A stretch of 64,000 bases of DNA, taken from sequence record OR352954. One strand, given 5' to 3'. Origin of the DNA: Escherichia phage AV124. Below the pieces are notes generated by a model. That model ran no database searches, was not told the origin of the DNA, and saw only the letters and a program-made list of their open reading frames with translations. Shown piece by piece: positions 18,345-28,501 of this stretch (position 1 is the stretch's first letter; each line of letters starts with the position of its first letter). Made by a program: the position numbers and the translations under genes.

Positions 18345-20657
18345 TTGATCAATACAGTTGTGAAGAGTGATGGCAGTGTGGTTCCATTTGAACCAGAACG
18401 TCTAAACAAGGCCGCTATCTTTGGTGATGACGGCAATGGTAACTGGTCGTACATCTCAATGGATGCATATAAGCGACTGTATGACGGCTGCACCACTCGT
18501 GAAGTTAACCAGGCATTGATCGACGCCTGTGTGAGTCGTAAAGACGAAGCCCATTCACGGATGGCTGGGCGCGTCCTGATTGGACAAATCTACAAGGAAG
18601 CTTTTGGTGGATTTAAGAAAATTCCAAGCCTTGCCGAGTTTTACCAGGACATGGTGACGCGTGGGTACTGGGAAGAAATGGGTTATACTGGGCCGGAGCT
18701 GTTAAGCTTTGATCAAGTCATTGACCACAGCAAGGACCTGAGTTATGGGTATGCTGTTCTGAAACAGTTCCGGGATAAGTATGGTATCAAAGATAACATC
18801 AACGATATCCTGTTCGAATCTCCTCAGATGATGTTTATGGGTATTGCTATGGCTGTTATGAAGAATATGCCATTATCCCGTAGAAAGAATGACGTCATCC
18901 GACTGTATACGTATCTCTCTGACCTTAAGATCAATGCACCAACTCCGTACCTGAATGGTCTGCGTACTGGACGTACAGGATACGCGTCCTGCTGCATCAT
19001 AAAGGCTGATGATACAGCGAAAAGTATTGGAGTTGCTCGTGAAGTAGCGTACACTATGACGGTAGCACAGGCAGGGATTGGTTATTACCTGTCCTCCCGC
19101 TCTATCGGCGATGGTGTTCGTGACAATACGATCAAACACATGGGTAAACTCCCGTATTACCGTGGAATTGATGTTGGTGTTAAGGAAAATCGTCAACAAT
19201 CCCGTGGTGGTTCTGCAACGGTGTCTTTCCTTGCGTTAGACCCGCAAGTTGAAGAACTGATGCGTCTGCGTAATCCGATGACGGTTACCTCAAAGCGTAT
19301 CAATACGATGGACTATTCGATTGGTGTCAACCACTCGTTCATGAATCGAGTAGCTAAGAATCTGGACTGGATGTTGGTGTCATATAAGGATGCTCCTCAG
19401 TTGCATGAGGGTATGTTCCGAATGACAATGCAGGAGTTTGATGCTGAGGTTGCCCGTGTAGCAGCAGATACTAAGATTCAAAAGACTTGGGTGAAGGCTC
19501 GTGATCTGGCAATGGAACTGATTACCCAACGTGCTGAAACTGGTCGTCTTTATGTTTACTGGCCTGACGAAATGAACCGTCATACGCCATTCCTTGAGAC
19601 AATTTACTCATCTAACTTGTGTCAAGAAATCTGTCTGCCAACAAAAGGGTATACAGATATGCGCAATATTTTCAACCCGACCATCGATGATGGTGAAGTT
19701 GCATTGTGCTTTATCGCCTCTCTGGTTGCTGGTCGTGTTTCCGAAGAAGAATACGAGGATGTTGCTTACTACACCGTCCTGATGATCGACAACGTTATGG
19801 ATATCATGGATTATCCGTATGAGAATATGAAGTACACAGCAGAATCTCGTCGTTCGATTGGTGTTGGCCTGACCAACCTTGCACACTACATCGCGAAACA
19901 CAAAGTCGCGTATGGTTCTCCTGAGAGCAAGCAGTTGGTTCACGATCTGGCAGAACTGCATAGCTTCAGTCTGCATAAGGCAAGTCTGCGACTGGCTAAA
20001 GAGCGTGGTGTTGCTCCGTGGATGAATAAGACTAAGTATCCGCAGGGTTGGTTGCCTATCGATACCTATAATAAGGCAGTTGATAGTGTTGTGAAGAATC
20101 CGAGCCTGAAGCAGGACTGGGAAACTTTGCGCCAGGAAATCATCGAAAATGGTGGTATCCGTAACAGTGTTCTGGAAGCTTATATGCCGAACGAAAGTTC
20201 ATCATTGGCTACCAACACAACAAATGGCCTGTATCCGGTACGTGACCATGTGATCTTCAAGAAATCCCCTCAAGGCTCTGTGCTGTTTATCGTGCCTGAG
20301 TATGAAGAGCTGAAGAAATATTACACGTCGGCTTGGGATATCGATACGAATGACTTGATTGATATCTATGCAATCATTCAGAAGTTCGCAGGGCAAGCAA
20401 TTAGTGCGGATCTTTACATCGACTATACCCAGTTGCCTGATGGTAAGATTTCCATGAAACAACAACTGGGATATCTGATCCGCGCCACGAAGATGGGGAT
20501 GAAGACATGGTATTACCTGAACTCCAAGGTTGGGGCTGGAGACTCCCTCACTGAGGAACTTCATGCTAAGGCAAAAGCTGAGGAAGAGACAAGAGCTGTT
20601 GCACCGTTTATCGCCGGGGATACTGAAGACCCTTATTGCGAAAGTTGTTCTTTATAA
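18345..20657 (+). CDS. nrdA: ribonucleotide reductase class I large subunit
   Basis: TTG start with RBS; SNLCQEICLP active-site motif; C-terminal CESC pair. Confidence 0.85.
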   Translation: MINTVVKSDGSVVPFEPERLNKAAIFGDDGNGNWSYISMDAYKRLYDGCTTREVNQALIDACVSRKDEAHSRMAGRVLIGQIYKEAFGGFKKIPSLAEFYQDMVTRGYWEEMGYTGPELLSFDQVIDHSKDLSYGYAVLKQFRDKYGIKDNINDILFESPQMMFMGIAMAVMKNMPLSRRKNDVIRLYTYLSDLKINAPTPYLNGLRTGRTGYASCCIIKADDTAKSIGVAREVAYTMTVAQAGIGYYLSSRSIGDGVRDNTIKHMGKLPYYRGIDVGVKENRQQSRGGSATVSFLALDPQVEELMRLRNPMTVTSKRINTMDYSIGVNHSFMNRVAKNLDWMLVSYKDAPQLHEGMFRMTMQEFDAEVARVAADTKIQKTWVKARDLAMELITQRAETGRLYVYWPDEMNRHTPFLETIYSSNLCQEICLPTKGYTDMRNIFNPTIDDGEVALCFIASLVAGRVSEEEYEDVAYYTVLMIDNVMDIMDYPYENMKYTAESRRSIGVGLTNLAHYIAKHKVAYGSPESKQLVHDLAELHSFSLHKASLRLAKERGVAPWMNKTKYPQGWLPIDTYNKAVDSVVKNPSLKQDWETLRQEIIENGGIRNSVLEAYMPNESSSLATNTTNGLYPVRDHVIFKKSPQGSVLFIVPEYEELKKYYTSAWDIDTNDLIDIYAIIQKFAGQAISADLYIDYTQLPDGKISMKQQLGYLIRATKMGMKTWYYLNSKVGAGDSLTEELHAKAKAEEETRAVAPFIAGDTEDPYCESCSL

Positions 20658-20664
20658 GTTGTAA

Positions 20665-20684
20665 GGGGCTTCGGCCCCGTTTTT
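20665..20684 (+). terminator. rho-independent terminator (GGGGC-UUCG-GCCCC + U tract)
   Basis: Hairpin ggggcttcggcccc followed by gttttt. Confidence 0.5.
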
Positions 20685-20695
20685 GAGGAGAGAAA

Positions 20696-21784
20696 ATGGC
20701 AGTTTTTAACGTAGAAAACACCGCACATAAGACTGGGGATTACCCACTGTTCCTTGGTCAACAGATGGGGATGTATGACTCCATCAATAAGAAGTACCCG
20801 CAACTATTTGATCTGTATAAAAAGCAGAAAGAACAGGATTGGTCAGAAGATGAAGTTGAACTGAGCCAGTCTATCACTGACTTTGCAACTTGCAGCAAAT
20901 CCACTTACGACGTCATGGTGCAGACCCTGATGTGGCAATGGGAAGCTGATAGCGTTGCAGCACAGTCTATCATCTGTCTGTTTGCACCCTTCATCACGAA
21001 TAGTGAACTGTTCGCCATGATGATGAAGCAATCAGAGATTGAAGTCTTACATGCTCTGACGTATTCTGATATTGTTCGCCAATGTCTGCCTAATTCTCGC
21101 CAGATCATTGAAGATATCCAGAACAACCAGGCAGTCCTTGAACGCTCTGGAGTCATTGTCAAATTCATGCGTGAATTAGAAATCCTCGGTGCTCGATACC
21201 GTATTGACCCGGACTCTGTTGACAAAGAAGAGATCCGTCGAGGAATTCTGAGAGCGATGTTCTCCCTGTTGGGTCTGGAAGGTATTGAATTCATCTCTAG
21301 CTTTGCCTGTACGTTCGCTCTTGCAGAACAGGGCGTCTTTGTCCAAGTAGGCCAGCTTGTGCAGAAAATTATGTTGGATGAGATGCTGCATACCAAGATG
21401 GATTTCGGGGTTATCGATATCCTTCTGAAAGACCCGGTATGGAAGGCAAGCTTTATCGCAATCAAACACGAGCTGAAAGCAATTCTGGATGAAGTTCGTA
21501 TCAATGAATATGGATGGGGCGATTATCTCTTTAGTGAAGGACGTGCGATCATCGGTTTGAACGCTCCGTTGCTGAAAGATTGGACTGACTGGAACTGTGC
21601 TCCGATCTACGATTACTACGGCATTGAAAAAGATTTCGTAGCACCAAAACGTGATCCTCTCCCGTTCATGGATGTTTGGATGAATCCTTCCAAGCAACAG
21701 AATGCGAATCAGGAAATGAGTAATACAGATTATAGGCTTAATGCTATAAACGACGACATAGGGGATGATACGTTTGATTTTTAA
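20696..21784 (+). CDS. nrdB: ribonucleotide reductase class I small subunit
   Basis: Two ExxH iron-ligand motifs (EVLH, EMLH); adjacent to nrdA. Confidence 0.8.
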   Translation: MAVFNVENTAHKTGDYPLFLGQQMGMYDSINKKYPQLFDLYKKQKEQDWSEDEVELSQSITDFATCSKSTYDVMVQTLMWQWEADSVAAQSIICLFAPFITNSELFAMMMKQSEIEVLHALTYSDIVRQCLPNSRQIIEDIQNNQAVLERSGVIVKFMRELEILGARYRIDPDSVDKEEIRRGILRAMFSLLGLEGIEFISSFACTFALAEQGVFVQVGQLVQKIMLDEMLHTKMDFGVIDILLKDPVWKASFIAIKHELKAILDEVRINEYGWGDYLFSEGRAIIGLNAPLLKDWTDWNCAPIYDYYGIEKDFVAPKRDPLPFMDVWMNPSKQQNANQEMSNTDYRLNAINDDIGDDTFDF

Positions 21785-22349
21785 TCTCGGTATTTGCGAT
21801 CTTCCCAGCAGGGACAAAGATGGTAAATTGACGCCCCACTATTCCAGATGGGTCAACATGTTAAGGAGGTGTTATGACCCTAAGTATCAGACAAGAAGAA
21901 ATTCTTATGCAGATACAACTGTTTGCCAAGAATGGTTGACATTCTCTAAATTTAAAGAGTGGATGGATCTTCAAGATTGGGAAGGAAAGGACTTAGATAA
22001 AGACCTTCTTGGGGATGGTACTATTTATTCACCATCTACGTGCGTATTCGTAACGCCATTAGTTAACCAGTTTACTAAAAGAAGCTCTGCATCTAGAGGC
22101 GACCAGCCTCTTGGTGTACATCTTAAAAGAAATGGCAGATACGGGTCTTGTATAAGGAAATATGGAAAGTTAGAGCATCTTGGATATTTCGAGAACGAGG
22201 AGGCTGCACATGTTGCTTGGCAAAGAGCCAAGATTGCTTATGGGAAGGAACTTTGTCACTTACAAACAGATGAGAGGTCTATCCTAGCGCTCACACGTTA
22301 CATTGCGAGGATAGAAGAAGACCTATTATTGAAAAGGAGAACAATTTGA
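21765..22349 (+). CDS. AP2-domain homing-endonuclease-like protein
   Basis: YSRWVNMLRRCY...CQEW N-terminal motif and AP2-like GRYGSCIRKYGKLEHLGYFENEEAAHVAW; sits between nrdB and glutaredoxin. Confidence 0.55.
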   Translation: MIRLIFNLGICDLPSRDKDGKLTPHYSRWVNMLRRCYDPKYQTRRNSYADTTVCQEWLTFSKFKEWMDLQDWEGKDLDKDLLGDGTIYSPSTCVFVTPLVNQFTKRSSASRGDQPLGVHLKRNGRYGSCIRKYGKLEHLGYFENEEAAHVAWQRAKIAYGKELCHLQTDERSILALTRYIARIEEDLLLKRRTI

Positions 22350-22609
22350 ATCTGAAGAATTCCACCTTCACCATTTATGGTAAGGATAACTGCTCACACT
22401 GCGTCCGTGCTAAGGAGTTTGCCATTGCAAACGGGATCGAGTATATCTACCTTACGCTAGGGAAGAATTATACCAAGGAAGAGCTGGTGGAGCAATGTGC
22501 CCCGGTTATTCCGCGCACCGTCCCGCAGATTTTCCGTGAGACGGACTCCTCTACGGAGTACATTGGGGGCGCTGACGAGTTCATTGCGTTTGTAAAAGCA
22601 AACAAATAA
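22346..22609 (+). CDS. glutaredoxin/NrdH-like redoxin
   Basis: CSHC CxxC motif near N-terminus; TTG start with AGGAG RBS. Confidence 0.6.
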   Translation: MNLKNSTFTIYGKDNCSHCVRAKEFAIANGIEYIYLTLGKNYTKEELVEQCAPVIPRTVPQIFRETDSSTEYIGGADEFIAFVKANK

Positions 22610-22620
22610 GAGGGTTTGTC

Positions 22621-24699
22621 GTGAAGGTTGTTAAAAGAGATGGACGTGTTGAAGATTACTCGGCTGAGAAAGTGACACGAGCGGTGAAAGCCGCTCTGTT
22701 AGCCTCGGGTCTTGACCAGGAAGTGGCTGATGAGAAGGCCCGTGGAATTGCTCAGAGAACCTTCAGCCTCTTCATGGCGACCCCTGTACGAAGTGTGGTA
22801 GATTTTCACCGGGAGGTTGAAAACCTCCTGATGGAAGACCCTGATCTTCGTGACGCTGCTCGCTGTTACATAGAATACCGTCATGACCGTGACAACGCTC
22901 GTGAAGGAAAAGGAAAACTGTATGCAGACATCACTGGATTCTTGGATCAATCGGCTGAAGAGTTTACCCGCGAGAATGCCAATAAACCAAGTTCCATCGT
23001 AAACACGCACAGGGACCTCTTAGCGGGGATTTTGAGTAAGCATGTGGCATTGACCCAGATACTTCCCAAAAACCTCTCAGAATGGCATACAAGCGGCTAT
23101 GGGCACATCCATGACCTTGATTACCTGGTAAGCCCTCTGACGAACTGTTGCCTGGTGAACTATCGGGACATGTTAGAGAACGGGTTTAAGATCGGTAATG
23201 CCCAGATTGAGAAACCAAAATCAATCGGTGTGGCTACCACGGTCTTGACCCAAATCATCCAGGCGGTTGCCTCAAGTCAGTATGGTGGGCAGACCTGCGC
23301 CCATATTGACGAGGGACTCAAGCAATACGTCGAAATGAGCTTCATGAAGAACGTGAAGCAGTACCGAAGTCACCGCAATGCATACGGCCCGACCAACAAG
23401 TTGGTGTACGATGCGATGCAGACCCTGATCTACCAGGTGAATACACTGATGAGCGTCAACGGTCAATCGCCGTTCATTACCATCAGTTTGGGGCTTGACA
23501 CCTCCATGTTTGGGCGTATGATTACTGCAAACTACTTGAAAGTCCACAAAGAAGGGCTTGGGAAGGACAAAGTAACCCCGGTATTCCCGAAGGTTGTGTT
23601 CTTCCTGCAAGAAGGTGTGAACATGAACCCGGAAGACCCGAATTACGATCTGAAACAGTTGGCTATGGAATGTTGTGTAGAGCGAATCTACCCGGACTTC
23701 ATCTCTGTCCCACTGAATAAGGAAGTCACTGGGTCAGCGGAAGGCAAGGTCACGAGTATGGGTTGCCGATCATTCTTGTCTAAATTCACCACGGAAAATG
23801 GTGAAAAGTACGACGGAAGGTTCAACCTGGGTGTTGTGTCGGTGAATCTGCCGATGATTGCTGCCGAAGCGAAGCAGAAAGGCGAGAGATTCTTCCCACT
23901 GCTCCGTTATCACATGGACATGGCCTATGAAGCGCATATGGTTCGTGTGAAACGGCTGATGGATGTGAAGGCATCTCAAAACCCGACTCTGTTCATGGAA
24001 GGAGCGCTGGCCCGGTTGAGACCTGATGAGCCGATCAGTAAGCTGTTCTTCAACGGTTATGCATCGATCAGCATCGGATATGTCGGCCTGGCGGAGGCTG
24101 TGGACATCCTCAACGGCAAAGAGGACAAGGAATATGCTATGGGAATCCTCGGGTACATGAAACTGGTGTGCGATGAGTACAAAGCCATGACGAACCTGTC
24201 TTTCAGCCTTTATGGGACGCCTGCGGAGAGCTTGTGCTACCGCTTTGCCACCAAACTGAAAGAAAAGTTCCCTAACTTCATAGAGAGGGATTACCTGACG
24301 AACTCTTTCCACCAACCTGTCTGGGTGCACAGCGATCCTTTCAGTAAGTGGGACTACGAATCGGGCTTTGCAAACATCAGTAATGGTGGAAACATTGGAT
24401 ATGTGGAAACTGCCAATTTGCGTGACAACTTGCTGGCTCTTGAATCCCTGATCGATTATGGGTACAAGAAGATTCCTTACTTCGGAATCAATCAGCCTGT
24501 GGATCAGTGTCTTAAATGCGGTCACAGTGGTGAGTTTACCGCCACGGCGAAGGGTTTTGAATGCCCGGCCTGCGGAAACCACGAAGAGGGGACGCTTTCG
24601 GTTATCCGTCGTGTATCTGGGTATTTATCTGCACCCAATTCTCGACCTTATAACAAAGGGAAGATGCAGGAAGTGGTTCAGCGGGAGAAACATCAGTGA
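22621..24699 (+). CDS. nrdD: anaerobic ribonucleoside-triphosphate reductase
   Basis: Glycyl-radical motif RVSGY and C-terminal CxxC...CxxC zinc ribbon; GTG start. Confidence 0.85.
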   Translation: MKVVKRDGRVEDYSAEKVTRAVKAALLASGLDQEVADEKARGIAQRTFSLFMATPVRSVVDFHREVENLLMEDPDLRDAARCYIEYRHDRDNAREGKGKLYADITGFLDQSAEEFTRENANKPSSIVNTHRDLLAGILSKHVALTQILPKNLSEWHTSGYGHIHDLDYLVSPLTNCCLVNYRDMLENGFKIGNAQIEKPKSIGVATTVLTQIIQAVASSQYGGQTCAHIDEGLKQYVEMSFMKNVKQYRSHRNAYGPTNKLVYDAMQTLIYQVNTLMSVNGQSPFITISLGLDTSMFGRMITANYLKVHKEGLGKDKVTPVFPKVVFFLQEGVNMNPEDPNYDLKQLAMECCVERIYPDFISVPLNKEVTGSAEGKVTSMGCRSFLSKFTTENGEKYDGRFNLGVVSVNLPMIAAEAKQKGERFFPLLRYHMDMAYEAHMVRVKRLMDVKASQNPTLFMEGALARLRPDEPISKLFFNGYASISIGYVGLAEAVDILNGKEDKEYAMGILGYMKLVCDEYKAMTNLSFSLYGTPAESLCYRFATKLKEKFPNFIERDYLTNSFHQPVWVHSDPFSKWDYESGFANISNGGNIGYVETANLRDNLLALESLIDYGYKKIPYFGINQPVDQCLKCGHSGEFTATAKGFECPACGNHEEGTLSVIRRVSGYLSAPNSRPYNKGKMQEVVQREKHQ

Positions 24700-25169
24700 A
24701 CTTCTGTGGATATGAACCCGTAGATTTAGTGAATGGAGAGGGAGTTCGCTGCTCCCTCTGGGTCAGCGGGTGTAGCCACGGTTGCCGTGGATGTTTTAAC
24801 CAGAAAGCTTGGTCATACACCTACGGTAATGAGTTTACAGCAGCACAATTGGAGAGGCTCATTGCTGATCTCGGCCGCCCCTTCGTGAAAGGGCTGTCCG
24901 TTCTGGGAGGGGAGCCGCTTGACCCGCAAAATGTTGATTCTGTTATCGAAATCCTGACTTCCGTCAGAGATTTTTACGGTGACAAGAAGGATATCATGTT
25001 GTGGACTGGTTACAAATTCAGCGAAGTTCCGGAACAAGTGAAGAATCTGGTTGACATAGTGATGGACGGCAAGTATGATGAATGCAATCCTACTACAAAA
25101 CGGTTCAGAGGATCGGACAACCAGAAAATGTGGACAAAACAAAACGGTAAGTGGATAGAGGAGAAATGA
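24696..25169 (+). CDS. nrdG: anaerobic RNR activating radical-SAM protein
   Basis: CSHGCRGC (Cx3Cx2C); ATGA overlap with nrdD. Confidence 0.8.
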   Translation: MNFCGYEPVDLVNGEGVRCSLWVSGCSHGCRGCFNQKAWSYTYGNEFTAAQLERLIADLGRPFVKGLSVLGGEPLDPQNVDSVIEILTSVRDFYGDKKDIMLWTGYKFSEVPEQVKNLVDIVMDGKYDECNPTTKRFRGSDNQKMWTKQNGKWIEEK

Positions 25170-25310
25170 ATGAGTAAGAAAGCACTGCGTAAGGCATATA
25201 CCAAGGAACTGGCTCTGGAACTGCGTGGCAAAAAGCCGAAGAATAAGCGTTATTCTGATGAAGAACTTCAGCAACTTGCAGCAGACGCTGCCGCTCGCGG
25301 GGGTCACTAA
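25170..25310 (+). CDS. small basic protein
   Basis: 46-aa ORF not in track; abuts nrdG stop; TAATG overlap with next gene. Confidence 0.3.
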   Translation: MSKKALRKAYTKELALELRGKKPKNKRYSDEELQQLAADAAARGGH

Positions 25311-25690
25311 TGCCAAAAAAGGCCGCAGTTGTAACCACGGACTTACGACCTTCTCTGGCAAAAGAGTTTGTCTCTCTGGTGTGGGACCGTCTGATCGGAG
25401 ATTTTGCTACCGGATTACAGATACAGGTTGAAAGCCTCCAGAATATGGTGAAGGGAGAGAAAGACGTTTATTTCGCCAAGGAAATCAAGGAGAAAAAAGA
25501 ACGACTTCGTAAAACTCTCTCTACAGAGGTTCAACAGAAAGTGTTTGATAAATTGGTCTGCCAACTGGCAGAGGCTTTGACAGAAGAAGAGCTGAGATAC
25601 GCGATCTTCCAAGAGAAGATTACGATCAAGATTCATGGGGTAGCCTCCCAGCTCGAAGCGGCTTTTGAAGAGGCGGTGGGAGAGGCCTAA
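25310..25690 (+). CDS. hypothetical protein
   Basis: ORF. Confidence 0.45.
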   Translation: MPKKAAVVTTDLRPSLAKEFVSLVWDRLIGDFATGLQIQVESLQNMVKGEKDVYFAKEIKEKKERLRKTLSTEVQQKVFDKLVCQLAEALTEEELRYAIFQEKITIKIHGVASQLEAAFEEAVGEA

Positions 25691-25708
25691 CCTGAAAAAG
25701 GAGGTCTT

Positions 25709-26263
25709 TTGAAACTTACGCTGGAACAACTCAACAAAATCTTTCCGAATGGCGCGAAGGCTGGTAGAAATGCCAAGTTTATCGGTCCTTTGAACGACTT
25801 GTTTGAGAAGGGCGGTATTAACACTGTCAATCGCATTGCCGGATTCCTTTCCCAAATCGGGGTGGAGTCCGCAGAGTTCCTGTATACCAGAGAGCTTGGC
25901 AACAATGCCTACTTTGATAAGTATGATACCGGACCAATTGCAAAGCGACTTGGCAATACACCAGAAAAGGATGGTGACGGAGCTAAGTACAAGGGACGTG
26001 GTCTGATCCAAGTCACCGGGCTTGCAAACTACAAAGCTTGTGGTAAAGCCTTAGGGTTGGATCTCGTCAATCACCCTGAATTACTTGAACAGCCGAAATA
26101 TGCAGTTGACAGCGCTGGTTGGTACTGGAACATGAGAAACATCAACGCCGCTTGCGATGCTGATGATATCACCAAAATCACCAAGCTGGTAAACGGCGGG
26201 ACTAACCACCTCGCAGAAAGAACTGCATACTACAAAAAGGCAAAATCTGTTCTAACCTCTTAA
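25709..26263 (+). CDS. glycoside hydrolase family 19 (chitinase-like) endolysin
   Basis: IAGFLSQIGVES and YKGRGLIQVTGLANY...AGWYWN resemble GH19 core; TTG start. Confidence 0.55.
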   Translation: MKLTLEQLNKIFPNGAKAGRNAKFIGPLNDLFEKGGINTVNRIAGFLSQIGVESAEFLYTRELGNNAYFDKYDTGPIAKRLGNTPEKDGDGAKYKGRGLIQVTGLANYKACGKALGLDLVNHPELLEQPKYAVDSAGWYWNMRNINAACDADDITKITKLVNGGTNHLAERTAYYKKAKSVLTS

Positions 26264-26273
26264 GGAGAACCAC

Positions 26274-27062
26274 ATGGGAAGAAGCAAAGAGGCTCGTGCA
26301 ACCAAACTCAGCGTTCGCCAGCAACAACGTGCTGAGAGACAAGCCAAGCACCACCCTAAATTCGATGAGGAAAGGAATAGCGCTCCACCGCTGACTCCTC
26401 TGAATGACAAGCAGCAAGATTACCTTCACAAGTTGCAAACTTGCAATATTGTTATCGCAAAAGGTATCTTCGGTACAGGTAAAACTTACCTAGCATCGGC
26501 CTACGCTGCTGATCTGCTCCGTAAGAATGAACTCGACAAGATCATTGTCGCTCGTCCTTATGTGCAGACGGGTAAAACCTCCGGCTTCAAACCGGGAACA
26601 TCGTTGGAAAAACTCTTCCCGTATGTTCGTAACATGTTAGACACCATCCGTAAACGTATGGGCGACGGTGCCTATTACAATGCGCTTAAAGATGGTCTGA
26701 ATGGGCGTATTGAAGTTCAGGAATTGGAAAGCATCCGTGGTCGTTCATTCGATGAAAGAAGCTATCTCCTGATCGACGAAGCCCAGCAGAGTACCCCAGA
26801 GGAAATGTTGAGTATCATCACACGTATCTCTGACAACTGTACACTCGTAGTTATGGGGGATGCCTCTCAGAAAGATATCCACGGCATCTCCGGTCTGGAG
26901 TGGGTGGAAGATTTCCTGAGCCGGAACGGGATCGCGGGTGTGGGTATTGTAAACTTCGACAACCCAGATGATGACATCGTCCGTGGTGGTATGGTTCGTG
27001 ACATTGCCAAGGCGTTAATCGCCGACCGTGCAGAAGGACGCTATACTCCACTGGCTTCGTAA
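26274..27062 (+). CDS. phoH: PhoH-like ATPase
   Basis: Walker A GIFGTGKTYLA; colinear PhoH-like layout. Confidence 0.8.
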   Translation: MGRSKEARATKLSVRQQQRAERQAKHHPKFDEERNSAPPLTPLNDKQQDYLHKLQTCNIVIAKGIFGTGKTYLASAYAADLLRKNELDKIIVARPYVQTGKTSGFKPGTSLEKLFPYVRNMLDTIRKRMGDGAYYNALKDGLNGRIEVQELESIRGRSFDERSYLLIDEAQQSTPEEMLSIITRISDNCTLVVMGDASQKDIHGISGLEWVEDFLSRNGIAGVGIVNFDNPDDDIVRGGMVRDIAKALIADRAEGRYTPLAS

Positions 27063-27071
27063 CGGAGGATT

Positions 27072-27710
27072 ATGGCTTATTATACAGGCGTGGGGTCAAG
27101 GGAGGCCCCTCCTGAGGTTATCAGCATCATGGAAGATGCTGGTTTCCGCCTTGCAAGGTGCGGATTCACCTTGAGAAGTGGAAAAGCAGGTGGCGCAGAT
27201 GAAGCATTCCAAGTCGGAATGCAAAAATATTACGAATCTCTTGACAATGGGAAGCAAGAAGAGTATCGTACACATTTGGCGGAGATCTATATCCCCTGGG
27301 ATGGATTTGCATCTGACAATGACAATCTCTGGGATTTCTGGGATTATCCTTTAGATTATCTTGATTATCTGATTCCCGACCAAAAGGTTGTACGTGAGGC
27401 ACTGGTTGAGGAGATTCATCCTAATTTTGAAGCTCTTAAAAGAAAAAGAGGAGCTTTTGCGCTCCATTCTCGTAATGTGCATCAAGTCTTGGGGGCCAAT
27501 ATCCTCGATCCACGTCCCTCTGCATTTTGTTTGTACTATGCCAAAGAAGATAGGAACGGAAATCCTAAGGGAGGTACTGCAACCGCAGTTAATTTAGCCA
27601 GAAAGTACGGAGTTCGGGTTCTTAACCTGAACACACCCGATAAACTAGCCTTGTTGGAGAGGTTCTTAAGGTCCTTGGAGGAAAAACGTGGCATCCAGAT
27701 TTCGCGATAA
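27072..27710 (+). CDS. DprA/Smf-like Rossmann-fold protein
   Basis: TGVGSR...SGKAGGADEAF...HSRNVHQVLG...GGTATAVNLARKYGVRV parallels DprA motifs. Confidence 0.45.
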   Translation: MAYYTGVGSREAPPEVISIMEDAGFRLARCGFTLRSGKAGGADEAFQVGMQKYYESLDNGKQEEYRTHLAEIYIPWDGFASDNDNLWDFWDYPLDYLDYLIPDQKVVREALVEEIHPNFEALKRKRGAFALHSRNVHQVLGANILDPRPSAFCLYYAKEDRNGNPKGGTATAVNLARKYGVRVLNLNTPDKLALLERFLRSLEEKRGIQISR

Positions 27711-27999
27711 GCTTAATAATTCTTATTGTCTCGTTAAAGTGGATGGACAGGGCTGGTCAGTTGGTAAAATCGGTAACAAAGTGATTTTCATTACTTACAA
27801 GGATGGTGGGATGAGAAACATTTGTAATACGGATGATACTGATTTATTCAGATACTTCCTGGAATCCATTGAGTACCAAAGTAAGCGAGAGTTATTCGTT
27901 GGTGACAAGGTGAACATTGACAAGTTCGGGCCGTACTATGTGGTAGATATTGGTCACCGTGAGAAAGACGGAAGTATTAAGTACCTTATAGCTCGATAG
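27688..27999 (+). CDS. hypothetical protein
   Basis: ORF. Confidence 0.4.
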   Translation: MASRFRDKLNNSYCLVKVDGQGWSVGKIGNKVIFITYKDGGMRNICNTDDTDLFRYFLESIEYQSKRELFVGDKVNIDKFGPYYVVDIGHREKDGSIKYLIAR

Positions 28000-28006
28000 G
28001 AGGAGT

Positions 28007-28501
28007 ATGACAGTTAGTATTCATGGGATTCTTTCCCATCGGAGACTGATGGAACTGAAGAATTGTAGAGTCGTCGAGCCTGAATTTTTCGAGTCCGAGG
28101 TGACAAAGTATTACAATCTCTATCTGAAGGTTGTGGCTGAGTCACTTTATAAAATGAATGACGGGTTCTTCACCCGAATGATTTATAGCCGTCCCGCTGC
28201 CGAGCGGGATGCCTCTTGGATGTTCCCGGATCGTCGTGACCTGCTGGAGCATTTGATTTACCTGGATGGGAAATCTCAGTACGTGAGTTTGACCAAAGAA
28301 GAGCTTAACCACTTTACGCTGTTGCATCAGGCAGCAGTAGCCTCAGAACGCGCCAAAAGGGTTCTTCTGTGCTTTAAGTACAGCGATCAAGTCCTTGTGG
28401 ATGATGATTCAGGGTTCAATATAGACTGGTTGTTACGGAATGCATACACATTACGACAACTGATTGTAGACGCGAATGGGGAGACACAAGATGCAGAATA
28501 A
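28007..28501 (+). CDS. hypothetical protein
   Basis: ORF with GGAGGAG RBS. Confidence 0.45.
   Translation: MTVSIHGILSHRRLMELKNCRVVEPEFFESEVTKYYNLYLKVVAESLYKMNDGFFTRMIYSRPAAERDASWMFPDRRDLLEHLIYLDGKSQYVSLTKEELNHFTLLHQAAVASERAKRVLLCFKYSDQVLVDDDSGFNIDWLLRNAYTLRQLIVDANGETQDAE

Noticed and set aside
25709-26263. A complete lysis cassette around the GH19 endolysin-like gene
   Set aside because: No adjacent holin- or spanin-like membrane genes; the gene sits among nucleotide-metabolism genes, so only the enzyme itself is called.
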